Shown here piece after piece: positions 11,225-20,208 of a stretch of 64,000 nucleotides of DNA. A program made the translations under genes and the position numbers. Below the pieces are notes generated by a model that ran no database searches, had not been told where the DNA came from, and saw nothing but the letters and a program-made list of their open reading frames with translations. Every line of letters begins with the position of its first letter. Position 1 is the stretch's first letter. The stretch is from positions 5,024,001 to 5,088,000 of the forward strand of contig OZ252098.1 of NCBI GenBank assembly GCA_965248355.1. Direction: 5' to 3'. Origin of the DNA: Candidatus Latescibacterota bacterium (GTDB lineage Bacteria > Latescibacterota > UBA2968 > UBA8231).

Positions 11225-11681
11225 AGGAGCCTTCGCCGTCCTCGAAGCGGACTTGCGGGCGCGCGCCCGGGATATCGCCCGCATCGGCGAGCGCATCCAG
11301 GCGCGCTTGGGGACGTTTGCCCGGAGCGCCGAAGGGGTGGACAGCATGGGGTACCAGCTCCACAACCTCTACGGCGCCTTCGAGCAGTTGTTCGAGGAGA
11401 CGGCGCGGTTCTTCGAGAACCGCGTCGACGAGGGCAGCTATCAGGCGGACCTGCTCAGGCGAATGCAGCTGGAGATCCCGGGCATCCGCCCCGCGCTCCT
11501 GTCCGCGGAAACTGCCGCCGGGCTGGATGAGTTGCGGCGGTTCCGCCATCTCTTTCGCCACGCGTACACGGCGGACCTGGACTCCGGCAGAGTGACGGAT
11601 CTGGCTGCAAGGTCCGCGCGAGTCCAGCGCGATTTCGAGCGGGATTTCGAGCAGTTCATGGCTCTCTTGCGGCCTGAGTAG
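11217..11681 (+). CDS. HEPN-domain RNase toxin (HepT-like)
   Basis: LHNLYGAFEQLF and the Rx4H motif in LRRFRHLFRHAY. Paired with the MNT gene. Confidence 0.85.
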   Translation: MDKGAFAVLEADLRARARDIARIGERIQARLGTFARSAEGVDSMGYQLHNLYGAFEQLFEETARFFENRVDEGSYQADLLRRMQLEIPGIRPALLSAETAAGLDELRRFRHLFRHAYTADLDSGRVTDLAARSARVQRDFERDFEQFMALLRPE

Positions 11682-11690
11682 CGGGACGGG

Positions 11691-14012
11691 TCAACGCAGC
11701 ACCATCACCTTGCGCGACTGCATCCGGCCGCCGGCCGTCAGGCGGACCACGAAGACGCCGCTCGCGCGCCCGCCGCTGTCCCACCGCAGCACGTGCCGGC
11801 CCTCTGACCTCTTCCCCTCCCACAGCGTCTCGACACGCTGGCCCCCCAGGTTGTACACCTGCACACGGACCTCGCCGGAAGCGCCGAGGGCGAACGGGAT
11901 CGACAGACTCGAGTTCGCCGGGTTGGGGTACGGCGCCAGCAAGGCGAACTCCTGCGGATGCACCTGCCTTCCCGGTGCTACCGCGACTGCTGTCGAGACC
12001 TCAAGGCCCTCGATCCAACGGCTGACGAGCCGGGCCCCCTGTGTGTCGACCAGGGCGGTCGCCAGCGGCGGCATGCGCCACCGGCCGGTCTCGAGCATAC
12101 GCAGGTACAGGAGCGAGCGCCGCGGCTCCCCGGGCTCCACGATCCTCGCCTCATGCACCCCGAGGTTCCCGAGGCGGGCGCCGTCGAGGATCCCCGTCTC
12201 CGCAAGGGGTGTGTCGAAACGCAGGTCGAACTGCGCCCGGATGCCGTGGGCGGGACGATGGCAATTGGCGCAGTTGGCGGCGAGATAGGAGCGGGTCCGC
12301 AGCTCCAGGGGGGAGCTCTCATCGGCGGGCTCCGGCCACTTCCCCCAGGTTCCGGGAGGTGGGAGTTCGCCGGCGAACAGCCCGTCCCGCTCCCAGGTCT
12401 GGATCCGGCCGCCGCGGTTCATCTGCCCGGTGCGCAGGCCGAGGACGTACCCGGAAGCCGGGGTGTGGCAGTCGCCGCACTGACCGCGCGACGGGAAATA
12501 GTGCTGGCGCGTACGGCCCCCGTCCGGCGAGGAGACGCCGTACTCCCCGGTCTCCGCCACCGCGAGCAGGAAGGCCTCGTTGCCCTCGTCGTTCCACTTG
12601 TAGGAGTATCCGTCCCACCCCGGATGGCCGGTCCGCTTGATCAGCAGCCGCGTCTCGACGATCCGCTCTCCGAGGTAGAAGCTCTTGACCAGAACGGTCC
12701 CGTCCGGCAGCGCCCAGGCGCCGTGGGGCCGGAAGCCGATGCGGCCTTCTTCCGGAAGCCCCAGGTAGCGTCTCTTGTCGGCGCCGTCCGACCACAGCGG
12801 GGCGTTGACCTCGTACGGAGCCAGCCAGGGGGCCGGCTCCTGGGACGCCATGCGGGAGAAGACGCCGGTCTGGGACAGCCGCGGCGGCGGCAGTTCCCGC
12901 CCGGCCGCGGACTCGAGCCGGTACGCGGCGCCAGGCGCCAGCACGAGGGGCTCGCCGTCGACATCCAGCCCGAAGGCGAGGATGTGGTCGTCGGCCACCG
13001 CAAGCAGCTCGCTTCTCCAGATGTCTCCGTCCCGGCGCAGGGCCCAGACCTTGCGGGAGCCGAAGTCGCCGAAGAGGTAGAGGCCGGCCAGCTCCGGCCA
13101 GCGGCGGCCCTGGTAGACGAACCCGCCGATCACGGCGAGTCCCTCCTCGCGCCCGTACTCGAACACCGGCGGGATGAGACCGGGGTCGTCACAACCATCC
13201 TCGTCGCGGCACAGGCTCCCCTCCATGCGGGCCCAGCCGTAGTTGCCGCCGCTGTCCACGAGGTCGATTTCCTCGCGGTCCTTCTCACCCACGTCCCCCA
13301 CCCAGATCAGCCCGGAGCGCGGATCGAAGCTGAAGCGCCACGGATTGCGCAGGCCGAAGGCCCAGATCTCCTCACGCCAGCCGCGGTTGTTGCCTGCGAA
13401 GGGGTTGTCCGCGGGAATGCCGTAGCCCTCGCCGCCGGCGTCGACGTCGATCCGCAGAATCGTCCCCAGCAGGGTCGTGCGGTCCTGCCCGTGGTCGTAG
13501 CGGTCCTCCTCGCCGCCGCCGTCTCCGAGACCGATGTAGAGATAACCGTCCGGCCCGAACTCGATGTGGCCGCCGTTGTGACTGTCGGTCGGCTGGGAGA
13601 CCACGAGGAGGATGCGCTCCCGGGGGTCGGCGCGGTCCGGGTCCTCCTCCGAAACGCGGAACTCCGACAGCACGGTGCGGAAGCTGGCTCCCGAGTAGTG
13701 CACGAAGAAGCGCCCGTTGGCGGCGAACCGGGGATGGAAGGCCAACCCGAGAAGGCCGGTCTCCGGCCTGAAGTCGCGCGCCTGGGGCTGCAGGTCGATG
13801 AAGAGGCCGCCCGTGTCCTCTCTGGCCGGGTGCAACACCCGGATCAGGCCGGACTTCTCGGCGACGAAGAGGCGGCCGCTGCCGTCCCCTGCCGGGGCGA
13901 AGTGGATCGGGGCCTCCACCGGAAGGGTGGAGAACGCCCGCACCAGGGTGAAGGGCGGGGATTCGGTGGCGTGGGCGGCGGCTGCCGAGGCCAAGACCAG
14001 AAAGAGCAGCAT
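11691..14012 (-). CDS. Secreted glucose/sorbosone-type (PQQ) dehydrogenase fused to a diheme cytochrome c region and a T9SS/FlgD-like C-terminal domain
   Basis: Signal peptide. GLLGLAFHP, HNGG, FGPDGYLY, GDGG and GLRNPWR motifs. CGDCH and CANCH heme motifs. C-terminal YPNP..VYNLGGQRV..SGVFVVRL..KV. Confidence 0.85.
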   Translation of the reverse strand: MLLFLVLASAAAAHATESPPFTLVRAFSTLPVEAPIHFAPAGDGSGRLFVAEKSGLIRVLHPAREDTGGLFIDLQPQARDFRPETGLLGLAFHPRFAANGRFFVHYSGASFRTVLSEFRVSEEDPDRADPRERILLVVSQPTDSHNGGHIEFGPDGYLYIGLGDGGGEEDRYDHGQDRTTLLGTILRIDVDAGGEGYGIPADNPFAGNNRGWREEIWAFGLRNPWRFSFDPRSGLIWVGDVGEKDREEIDLVDSGGNYGWARMEGSLCRDEDGCDDPGLIPPVFEYGREEGLAVIGGFVYQGRRWPELAGLYLFGDFGSRKVWALRRDGDIWRSELLAVADDHILAFGLDVDGEPLVLAPGAAYRLESAAGRELPPPRLSQTGVFSRMASQEPAPWLAPYEVNAPLWSDGADKRRYLGLPEEGRIGFRPHGAWALPDGTVLVKSFYLGERIVETRLLIKRTGHPGWDGYSYKWNDEGNEAFLLAVAETGEYGVSSPDGGRTRQHYFPSRGQCGDCHTPASGYVLGLRTGQMNRGGRIQTWERDGLFAGELPPPGTWGKWPEPADESSPLELRTRSYLAANCANCHRPAHGIRAQFDLRFDTPLAETGILDGARLGNLGVHEARIVEPGEPRRSLLYLRMLETGRWRMPPLATALVDTQGARLVSRWIEGLEVSTAVAVAPGRQVHPQEFALLAPYPNPANSSLSIPFALGASGEVRVQVYNLGGQRVETLWEGKRSEGRHVLRWDSGGRASGVFVVRLTAGGRMQSRKVMVLR

Positions 14013-14165
14013 GAAGCGAAGAAGGTAGGGCCCGGAGGGCGGTGCAAGTGGCCGGCCTGGATGTCGACGCGGCGGTGAGGTGTCACGCCGGAATCGGGGA
14101 TCGTATCGTTGAGAAGAGAGCGAGGGCCAGGACAGAACGCCGACCGAGGCTCAGGACAGGTACCA

Positions 14166-14573
14166 ATGGAGATCGTCAGAGCAGGACTCGCCGATGTCGA
14201 GAGACTCGCCGAGTTGAACAAGCAGCTCATCGAGGACGAGCGGCACCCCAACCCGATGGACGTGCCCCAGCTCACCCAACGTATGAAGGAGTGGCTGGCA
14301 ACCGGATACATCTGCTATCTGGGGAAGCAGAACGGGTGTATCCTGGCCTACTGCCTGTACAGGGACGACGGTGCCTACTACTACATGCGGCAGTTGTACG
14401 TGAGCAGAGAACACCGTCGAAAAGGCATCGCTACGCAGTTGCTTGATTGGTTGTACGAGAATGTGTGGACGGACAGGAGAGTCAGGTTGGACGTGCTCGC
14501 CCACAACACGGATGCCCTTGCCTTCTACAAAGGATATGGCTTCCGCATAGGTGTCTTCAGAATGGAGAAGTGA
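14166..14573 (+). CDS. GNAT family N-acetyltransferase
   Basis: Acetyl-CoA motif LYVSREHRRKGIA and N..ALAFYKGYGF. ATG at 14166. Confidence 0.85.
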   Translation: MEIVRAGLADVERLAELNKQLIEDERHPNPMDVPQLTQRMKEWLATGYICYLGKQNGCILAYCLYRDDGAYYYMRQLYVSREHRRKGIATQLLDWLYENVWTDRRVRLDVLAHNTDALAFYKGYGFRIGVFRMEK

Positions 14574-14606
14574 AGAGATCTTCCGAAATGTGTCAGGTAC
14601 CCCATC

Positions 14607-15965
14607 TCACCCCACGCTCGCCAAGGCCTCCCCAAGTACCCGCACCTGCTCCTCGTCCTCGGCGTTTACGGTAAACAGACACCCGTCGCAGTCATGGGCC
14701 GCCACCGCCGCGCCCAATGCCCGTACCAACTCTGGGGCCGCTCCCGCCGAGATGGGCGGATACAGCGGGACCGCCCCACTGGTCTGCGCCTTCAGGCGGG
14801 CTACTTCGCGCTCGTACAGGCTGGCGATGGGCAAGGGCCCTCTCGCCAGTTCCGCGCCGGTCTCCGGGAGGTCCAAGTCCTCCACCCCGAACATGCGCCA
14901 CACCAGGGGAAGTACGTCGCGTTCGTCCAGTCCCTGGCCGTGCCGGCACAAGGCCGCGGTCCACTCCCGCGCCAGGTTGGTCACCCCGGTGGCCCAACCG
15001 ACCACGCCTCCGTGCGAGCTGCCTCCGGTGAGGAAGTCCGTCGCCTCTTCCCACTTGCCGTACCAGTGCCCGCCCAGCATCCCCGTGGAGGCGGGGAAGA
15101 CGTCGCTGCCGAAGAGCTTGTCCCGGCCACCGGCGTCCCGCACGGCGCCGCGGAACTCGGCCATGCGCTCCGCCAGTATGTGCGCCCGGAACCTCACCCA
15201 ATCGAGGACGGCCGCATCCTGGGACAACAGGCCGAGGAAGTCCATCAGCCCCGGACGCCCTGAGGCCAGGGCCCGCACGTCGGCCGGGGTCAATCGCTTC
15301 AGACGCTGGCGCAGGCCCAGCACACCACGGCGCAGGGCGGCGAAATCGTAGCCCAGGCGGGCGGCTTCGTCCTGGCAGCTGGCACAGCCGCAGGCCATGA
15401 GGCCGTGCACGTTGGCCGGGGCCGGATAGCGGGCGTGGTCCACGTCGAAGCCGTCGATGGCGTAGCGCTGCACCGCTTCGACCAGGCAGTCGCGCGTCCA
15501 GTCGTTGATCTCCTTGCGGCTCGGGCACAGACCGATACCCCACTCCTTGTAGCGGCGGTCCAATGGCCTCCCCTCCAGATCGCGGAGGGCGTATTCGGGA
15601 TAGACGTCGCCGCCGTAGCTCCACAAGCCGATGTGTCCCCACACCTCGATCCCCGCGCCATCGCAGGCCTCGATGACGCGCCGCAGGGGCGCATCGTCGA
15701 AGCCACTGACGATCCCCGCCACCGGCGGGTACACGCCTTCCGCACCCCGGGGCCAGGCATCGAGACGCCGGCGCCAGTCCTCGAAGGGCCCCCGCCTCGC
15801 CAACTCCGGCGAGGCGCTGAAGCCCGAGGTATGGCAGACCGGGCTCTCGGGCATGATCGTCGTCAGGCCGACGGCGTCCTTGAGCTTGTGCAGGGACTCG
15901 GGATGGGTGGCCACGTATTCCGTCTGGCAGAACCAGATGCGGCGGGGCTTGTGGGGGGGTGTCAT
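14607..15965 (-). CDS. Hypothetical TIM-barrel protein, glycoside-hydrolase-like (GHL10/DUF187-like)
   Basis: LCPS, Y.IDGFDVDH.RYP and a CGCASC cluster. No signal peptide. ATG at 15965 chosen. Confidence 0.5.
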   Translation of the reverse strand: MTPPHKPRRIWFCQTEYVATHPESLHKLKDAVGLTTIMPESPVCHTSGFSASPELARRGPFEDWRRRLDAWPRGAEGVYPPVAGIVSGFDDAPLRRVIEACDGAGIEVWGHIGLWSYGGDVYPEYALRDLEGRPLDRRYKEWGIGLCPSRKEINDWTRDCLVEAVQRYAIDGFDVDHARYPAPANVHGLMACGCASCQDEAARLGYDFAALRRGVLGLRQRLKRLTPADVRALASGRPGLMDFLGLLSQDAAVLDWVRFRAHILAERMAEFRGAVRDAGGRDKLFGSDVFPASTGMLGGHWYGKWEEATDFLTGGSSHGGVVGWATGVTNLAREWTAALCRHGQGLDERDVLPLVWRMFGVEDLDLPETGAELARGPLPIASLYEREVARLKAQTSGAVPLYPPISAGAAPELVRALGAAVAAHDCDGCLFTVNAEDEEQVRVLGEALASVG

Positions 15966-16117
15966 ACCGTGGACTCCAAGCGGCGGGTGAAGACCTCGCT
16001 GCACCTCCGTCTTCGGTGCTCAGCCGCGTCCTGCCCGAACGCCACCATCAGGCGGTGATTGCCAGGGGCAAGTGTCGGAGGTTTCTTAGGTCGCCCATGC
16101 GAAGCCGGGAGCCTGAC

Positions 16118-16477
16118 ATGCACGACGCTGTAAAGGAGTGGTTGGCACAGTCTCGAGACAAGCTCCGCACCGAGGCGATTACGGCGGAGGATCTCGACCG
16201 TCTCGGCGTCTTGCTCTCCGAGCCCCGCCAGCAGGTCCTCTACCTCTACGCCAAATCAACGAACATGCGCTCGCCCCTGGCCAGCTGGGCCTTGTACGAC
16301 CCCACGCAGCCCCAGGCCCCGACCCTGCCCAGCGACGAACCTCCCTATGAATCGGTGCTCGCCGCCGTGGCCGCTGGGTGGCGGGTGGTGCAGTTTCCCA
16401 TGGCCAAGCTCTACGCCTACGAGGGCCAGGACAACGACTACCTCGGCTATGAGTTCATTCTCGAGAGATTCGTATAG
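16118..16477 (+). CDS. Small conserved-looking hypothetical protein (119 aa) upstream of the PhyH gene
   Basis: GGAG SD and ATG at 16118. RQQVLYLY..EPPYESVLAA..GWRVVQFP..YEFILER. 8 nt from the next gene. Confidence 0.65.
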   Translation: MHDAVKEWLAQSRDKLRTEAITAEDLDRLGVLLSEPRQQVLYLYAKSTNMRSPLASWALYDPTQPQAPTLPSDEPPYESVLAAVAAGWRVVQFPMAKLYAYEGQDNDYLGYEFILERFV

Positions 16478-16485
16478 GAGAAACC

Positions 16486-17259
16486 ATGTCCTCCATCAGA
16501 CCGACACTGGACGACGACGGCGTCATGGACTTCGTCGCCTCCGGCCTGGTCGTCCTCGAAAGCGTCATCGACGAGAGCTTCAATCGCCGCTGCGATGACC
16601 TCGCACCAGGCAATTGCGACGCCTTTGTCGCTTCGGACGATTTCACCCACGGCGTGCTCCTGCATCCTCAGGTCGCCGGCGTGGCGCGCTCGCTTCTGGG
16701 CGAGGACTTCCTGGTGCCCCGGGGCGGCCACCACCACTTCTTCAAGGAGCCGCACCTCGGCCAGACCTGGCATTCGGACGGGCTGTCGGGCAGCGGCTAC
16801 GATGTCTTCGAGCTCCAGTGCTACTACTACCCTCACAGCGTCGCCCTCGCCGACGGCCCGACCATGGTCCTGCCCGGCTCGCATTGCCGCGCCGTCGATC
16901 GCGAAGCCATCGCCCACTACGGCGACATCCGCGGCCAAGTCTCCCTGACGGTGCCGGCCGGCACCGTGGTGATGACCCGCTATGGCATCTGGCACAAGGC
17001 CGGCCCCAAGACCAACGACCGGGCCCGCAGCATGATCAAGTTCTCCTACCACCGCACGGCCGAGCCGCAGCGGGACTGGCTCTGCGACGGGGCGGAGATT
17101 CCCGCCTACCGCGACAGCCCGCGCCTGCCCTACGTGACCGAAGTCGAATCCTACCGCGACCGGGTGCGGCGCACCCGCACCTGGAACTGGCTCTGCGGCA
17201 TCGACCAGGAGGTCGAGCTGCGCGGGGAGAGGTCGTTGCGGGTCTCGGAACTGTTATAG
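16486..17259 (+). CDS. Phytanoyl-CoA dioxygenase (PhyH) family Fe(II)/2OG enzyme
   Basis: WHSD (HxD), GPT.VLPGSH, IWH and a distal Arg. AGGAG SD. Confidence 0.85.
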   Translation: MSSIRPTLDDDGVMDFVASGLVVLESVIDESFNRRCDDLAPGNCDAFVASDDFTHGVLLHPQVAGVARSLLGEDFLVPRGGHHHFFKEPHLGQTWHSDGLSGSGYDVFELQCYYYPHSVALADGPTMVLPGSHCRAVDREAIAHYGDIRGQVSLTVPAGTVVMTRYGIWHKAGPKTNDRARSMIKFSYHRTAEPQRDWLCDGAEIPAYRDSPRLPYVTEVESYRDRVRRTRTWNWLCGIDQEVELRGERSLRVSELL

Positions 17260-17350
17260 ACCGCGATGAAGAGACACAGTGGTGAGGTGCCAACCCCGAG
17301 GACTCGGAGAAGATGTCGCTGACGGCACCTCGCGATTACAGTCCGGCGGG

Positions 17351-18182
17351 CTACCGCTTCTCCGCGATGATTCCCACCATCGGCGGCGCCGACAGGAACG
17401 CGCCGGGATCCTGCTCCCGCTCATGCCACTCGGTCTCGAAGGCCCGGCGTTCCGCTTCCGTCAGCAGCCCGGCTTCCACCAGCCGCGGCACGTAGCCGAA
17501 GAAGAACCCGTCGGCCACTGCCACAGCGCCGTGCCGGGTCGGGCCAACCGCACAAGCGGGACCCGATCGAGCACACGGCAGCCGGCTCCTGTGAGCAACC
17601 CCGGGAGCCGCTCGCCGACGTTGAGATCTCCTCCGGAGCGCCGCCAACTCTCGCTCACCGCCGCGAGAACGCGGTCGAACGCAGGGCTCGGCGGATGCAG
17701 CTTCGTCGCATGGTAGTTCAGGTAATCCCAGACAACGAACCGGCCTCCCGGCCGCAGCCCCGACACCACCCTCTCGATGACCGGCGCCGGGTCCGGGAGA
17801 AAGCAGAAGAGCCAGCGCGCGAAGGCCCCGTCGAGGCAACCAGGTTCGAGCCGCAGCGCCTCGACCCGCTCCACGCGCGCGGCAAGCTGCGCGAGCCCCC
17901 GCCGCTCCGATTCCTGGACCAGCGTTTTCGATGAAGGGCGCCGACTCGTCGACCGCGAGCACCTGTCCGCTGGCGCCGACCCGGTTGGCCAGCTCGAGAG
18001 CAGCGAGTCCCGGACCGCAGCCGAGATCGAGCAGACGGTCGCCCGGTCCGAAACGGGCGCGGTCCCAGAGGTCGTGCGCTTCCTGCGACCACAGGCGATG
18101 CTGCGTCTCGAGCCGCCCCCCCCTCCTCGGGATCGGTTCCAAGGAGATACGGTTTTTCCGGGGCGGGTTCGGCGTCTGTCAC
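17351..18182 (-). pseudogene. Class I SAM-dependent methyltransferase with three frameshifts (pseudogene or read errors)
   Basis: YLLG..E..RL..QH, LDLGCGPG and LRPGGRFV are spread over three frames. Shifts fall at the C8 run 18116-18123, the T run ~17925 and ~17513. Confidence 0.75.
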
Positions 18183-18316
18183 TGGCCGCGGTCGGGGTGG
18201 TGCTGTCCCGGCGGCCAGAGGATCATCTGTCGCGGAAGCCTTTGCCAGATGCCGTACCAGTCGAGAGAAGGGGCGGGTTGGGGTTGCATGGTGAGCCGAC
18301 CTCGGGCGTTGCCCGC

Positions 18317-18583
18317 TCAGGCTGCCTCCGGTCCCGACAGGCGGGCGAAGACTTCGCCTGCCGTCATGTCCTCAATGTGCAGCCGCTTGTCCCGTCTTTT
18401 GTGTCCCCGCACGATGTTCACCCTGCCCTTGGCCACCTTGAGCCGCTTCGCCAGCAGGGCCACCACCGCGTCGTTGGCCTTGCCGCCTTCGGGAGCCGCC
18501 GTAATCCGCACCATCACTTTGTCGCCATTGACCTCGACGCTGTTGCGCCCGGCCTTCGGCTGCACCCGGATGTCGATCTCCAT
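18317..18583 (-). CDS. DUF167/YggU family protein
   Basis: IRVQPKA..APEGGKAN..LAK.L.V..I.RG.K.RDK, 88 aa. Confidence 0.85.
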   Translation of the reverse strand: MEIDIRVQPKAGRNSVEVNGDKVMVRITAAPEGGKANDAVVALLAKRLKVAKGRVNIVRGHKRRDKRLHIEDMTAGEVFARLSGPEAA

Positions 18584-18621
18584 GTTGAGGGTACCCAGGC
18601 GAGGGTTGCCGCACTTGTCCT

Positions 18622-19746
18622 TCAGGCGCGGACCTCGAACCCGTTCTCGGCTCGTGCCTTCTGGTACGGAGCCTCCTCCAGAGTAAGACCGAAGCCGGGA
18701 CTGTGCGGCACATTCACGAGGCCGTCCGAGATGGAGTACCCGGAGTCGTCCAGGCCGGGAGTTGTGGCGTGGTCCCATTCGACGAACTCGAAGCGATCCA
18801 CTCTCGCCGCGAGGTGGCAGGAGACGTAGTTGCCGTAGTGGCCGCCATAGTGATGGGGCGCCGTGCCGACGCCGGATGCATCCAGTTCGGGTCCCAGTTC
18901 GAGCCAGCGGGAGAAGCCGGGGCGGAAGATGTCGTACTGGACAATGTCGATGAGCCCGTCTTTCGCCCAACTGAGGAGGTGAGATGAGGCATCACCCTCC
19001 CCATCGGCGATTCGGGTCTCCAGACCTTCGGCGTTCAGCCATTCCTTGAGCAAACCATGGAGGCGGGCATCTTCGTGGAAGGCCTCCTCCATCCAGTAGA
19101 CGTTGGCGCCGGCCGTTTCCGCCAGTACCTGTCTTGTGAGGTTGAGGTTGTAGCCGTTGTTCGCATCCAGCAGGATCGAAGCATCCGGTCCGACGGCCTC
19201 CCGCACGGCGTGGACCACGTCGATGTCCCGCTTCGTCCCTGAGTCGAGGGGCATGTGCACGGCTCCCCGCCCCACCTTGATCTTGAAGGCCTCGTGTCCC
19301 CGGGCCTTCCCCTCCAGTGCCTCGGAGGCGATGAGCGCCGCCGCTTCGGCATTCTCTTCGAGGTGCAGGTCATCGATGTAGAGCGAGGTGTCGTAGCAGG
19401 GAACGCGGAACGTCCCCTTCTCTCCGGAGAGCATCTCATAGACCGGCTTTCCCGCCAACTGTCCCACGAGATCCCAGAGCGGATACTCCAGCATTCTGAA
19501 TCCTTCGGTGACCCCACTCCCGGCCTGAAATGCGTCGCGGAGCTGAAACCCGACGACGGCTGCTGCTCTCTCCGGTGAAATCCACGAAGTCCCGAAGCCG
19601 CTGGCGCCGTCGGCCGTGGTCAGGCGAGCGATAGCGGGATGGACGTGCAGTCCGTGCTCACCGAGCCGGGAATTGCAGCCGGCTTTGCGGGGGCGTTCCC
19701 CGGTCAGACGGGCCCACTCGATTCGTTCGATTCGGATGTCTTCGAT
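18622..19746 (-). CDS. Mandelate racemase/enolase-superfamily enzyme, apparent ATC start
   Basis: Frame is open from 19746. LWDL.G..GKPVY, FKIKVG, LDANN, WMEE, ADGE and APHH motifs. Confidence 0.8.
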   Translation of the reverse strand: MEDIRIERIEWARLTGERPRKAGCNSRLGEHGLHVHPAIARLTTADGASGFGTSWISPERAAAVVGFQLRDAFQAGSGVTEGFRMLEYPLWDLVGQLAGKPVYEMLSGEKGTFRVPCYDTSLYIDDLHLEENAEAAALIASEALEGKARGHEAFKIKVGRGAVHMPLDSGTKRDIDVVHAVREAVGPDASILLDANNGYNLNLTRQVLAETAGANVYWMEEAFHEDARLHGLLKEWLNAEGLETRIADGEGDASSHLLSWAKDGLIDIVQYDIFRPGFSRWLELGPELDASGVGTAPHHYGGHYGNYVSCHLAARVDRFEFVEWDHATTPGLDDSGYSISDGLVNVPHSPGFGLTLEEAPYQKARAENGFEVRA

Positions 19747-19873
19747 GGTTGCTCTCCTGGCAGGTGGCGCGGCCAGCCGGATGCGGCCTTATTGACTGCC
19801 ATGACGGGTCTCCGCCGGGTCGGCGGCCCATCCGGCAGCTCATCACGGGCTCCACGCCCCCAAGGAGGTACCT

Positions 19874-20208
19874 GTGGCGACGAAACGCTATCACCCCGCG
19901 ATCCTGGTGAGCTGCGAGATCCCCTGGGACGATGGGGAGAACCTGATCGAGGACGTCTTCCGCCAGGAAATCCGGGCGACGCTGGCCCAGTTCGACAACC
20001 TCTACATCTTCGGCACCGCCGGCGCCTGCAAGGACGCGGTGGGCAACCTCGTGGACCGGTTCGGGAGCCCACGAAGGCCTTCGGCGACCTGATCGACGGC
20101 GCCTACGACCAGATGATCGTGCGGGCCAGCGGCATCGACATGCCCCTCCGCCTGCTCGAGGCCTGCGTCGCCGGCCTGCGGGCCCGGCACCCCGAATGGC
20201 TGCCATGA
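19874..20208 (+). pseudogene. Internally deleted DapA-like (class I aldolase) gene remnant
   Basis: Strong AAGGAGG SD, then IPWD..F..LYIFGTAG (DHDPS-like N-terminus), followed almost at once by C-terminal-like IDGAYDQM..PLRLL. Only 335 nt and changes frame. Confidence 0.55.

Noticed and set aside
17284..17331. Nested inverted repeats (GAGGTGCC/GGCACCTC) between the PhyH and methyltransferase genes
   Set aside because: Single copy with short stems. It could be chance or a weak terminator, and cannot be supported as an RNA element.
18116..18123. C8/G8 tract as a phase-variation switch in the methyltransferase
   Set aside because: The same gene has two other indels, so read error or decay is simpler.
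14040..19870. Integron cassette array or mobile element explaining the run of small unrelated genes
   Set aside because: Orientations are mixed, and there are no convincing attC sites, integrase, transposase or terminal repeats.
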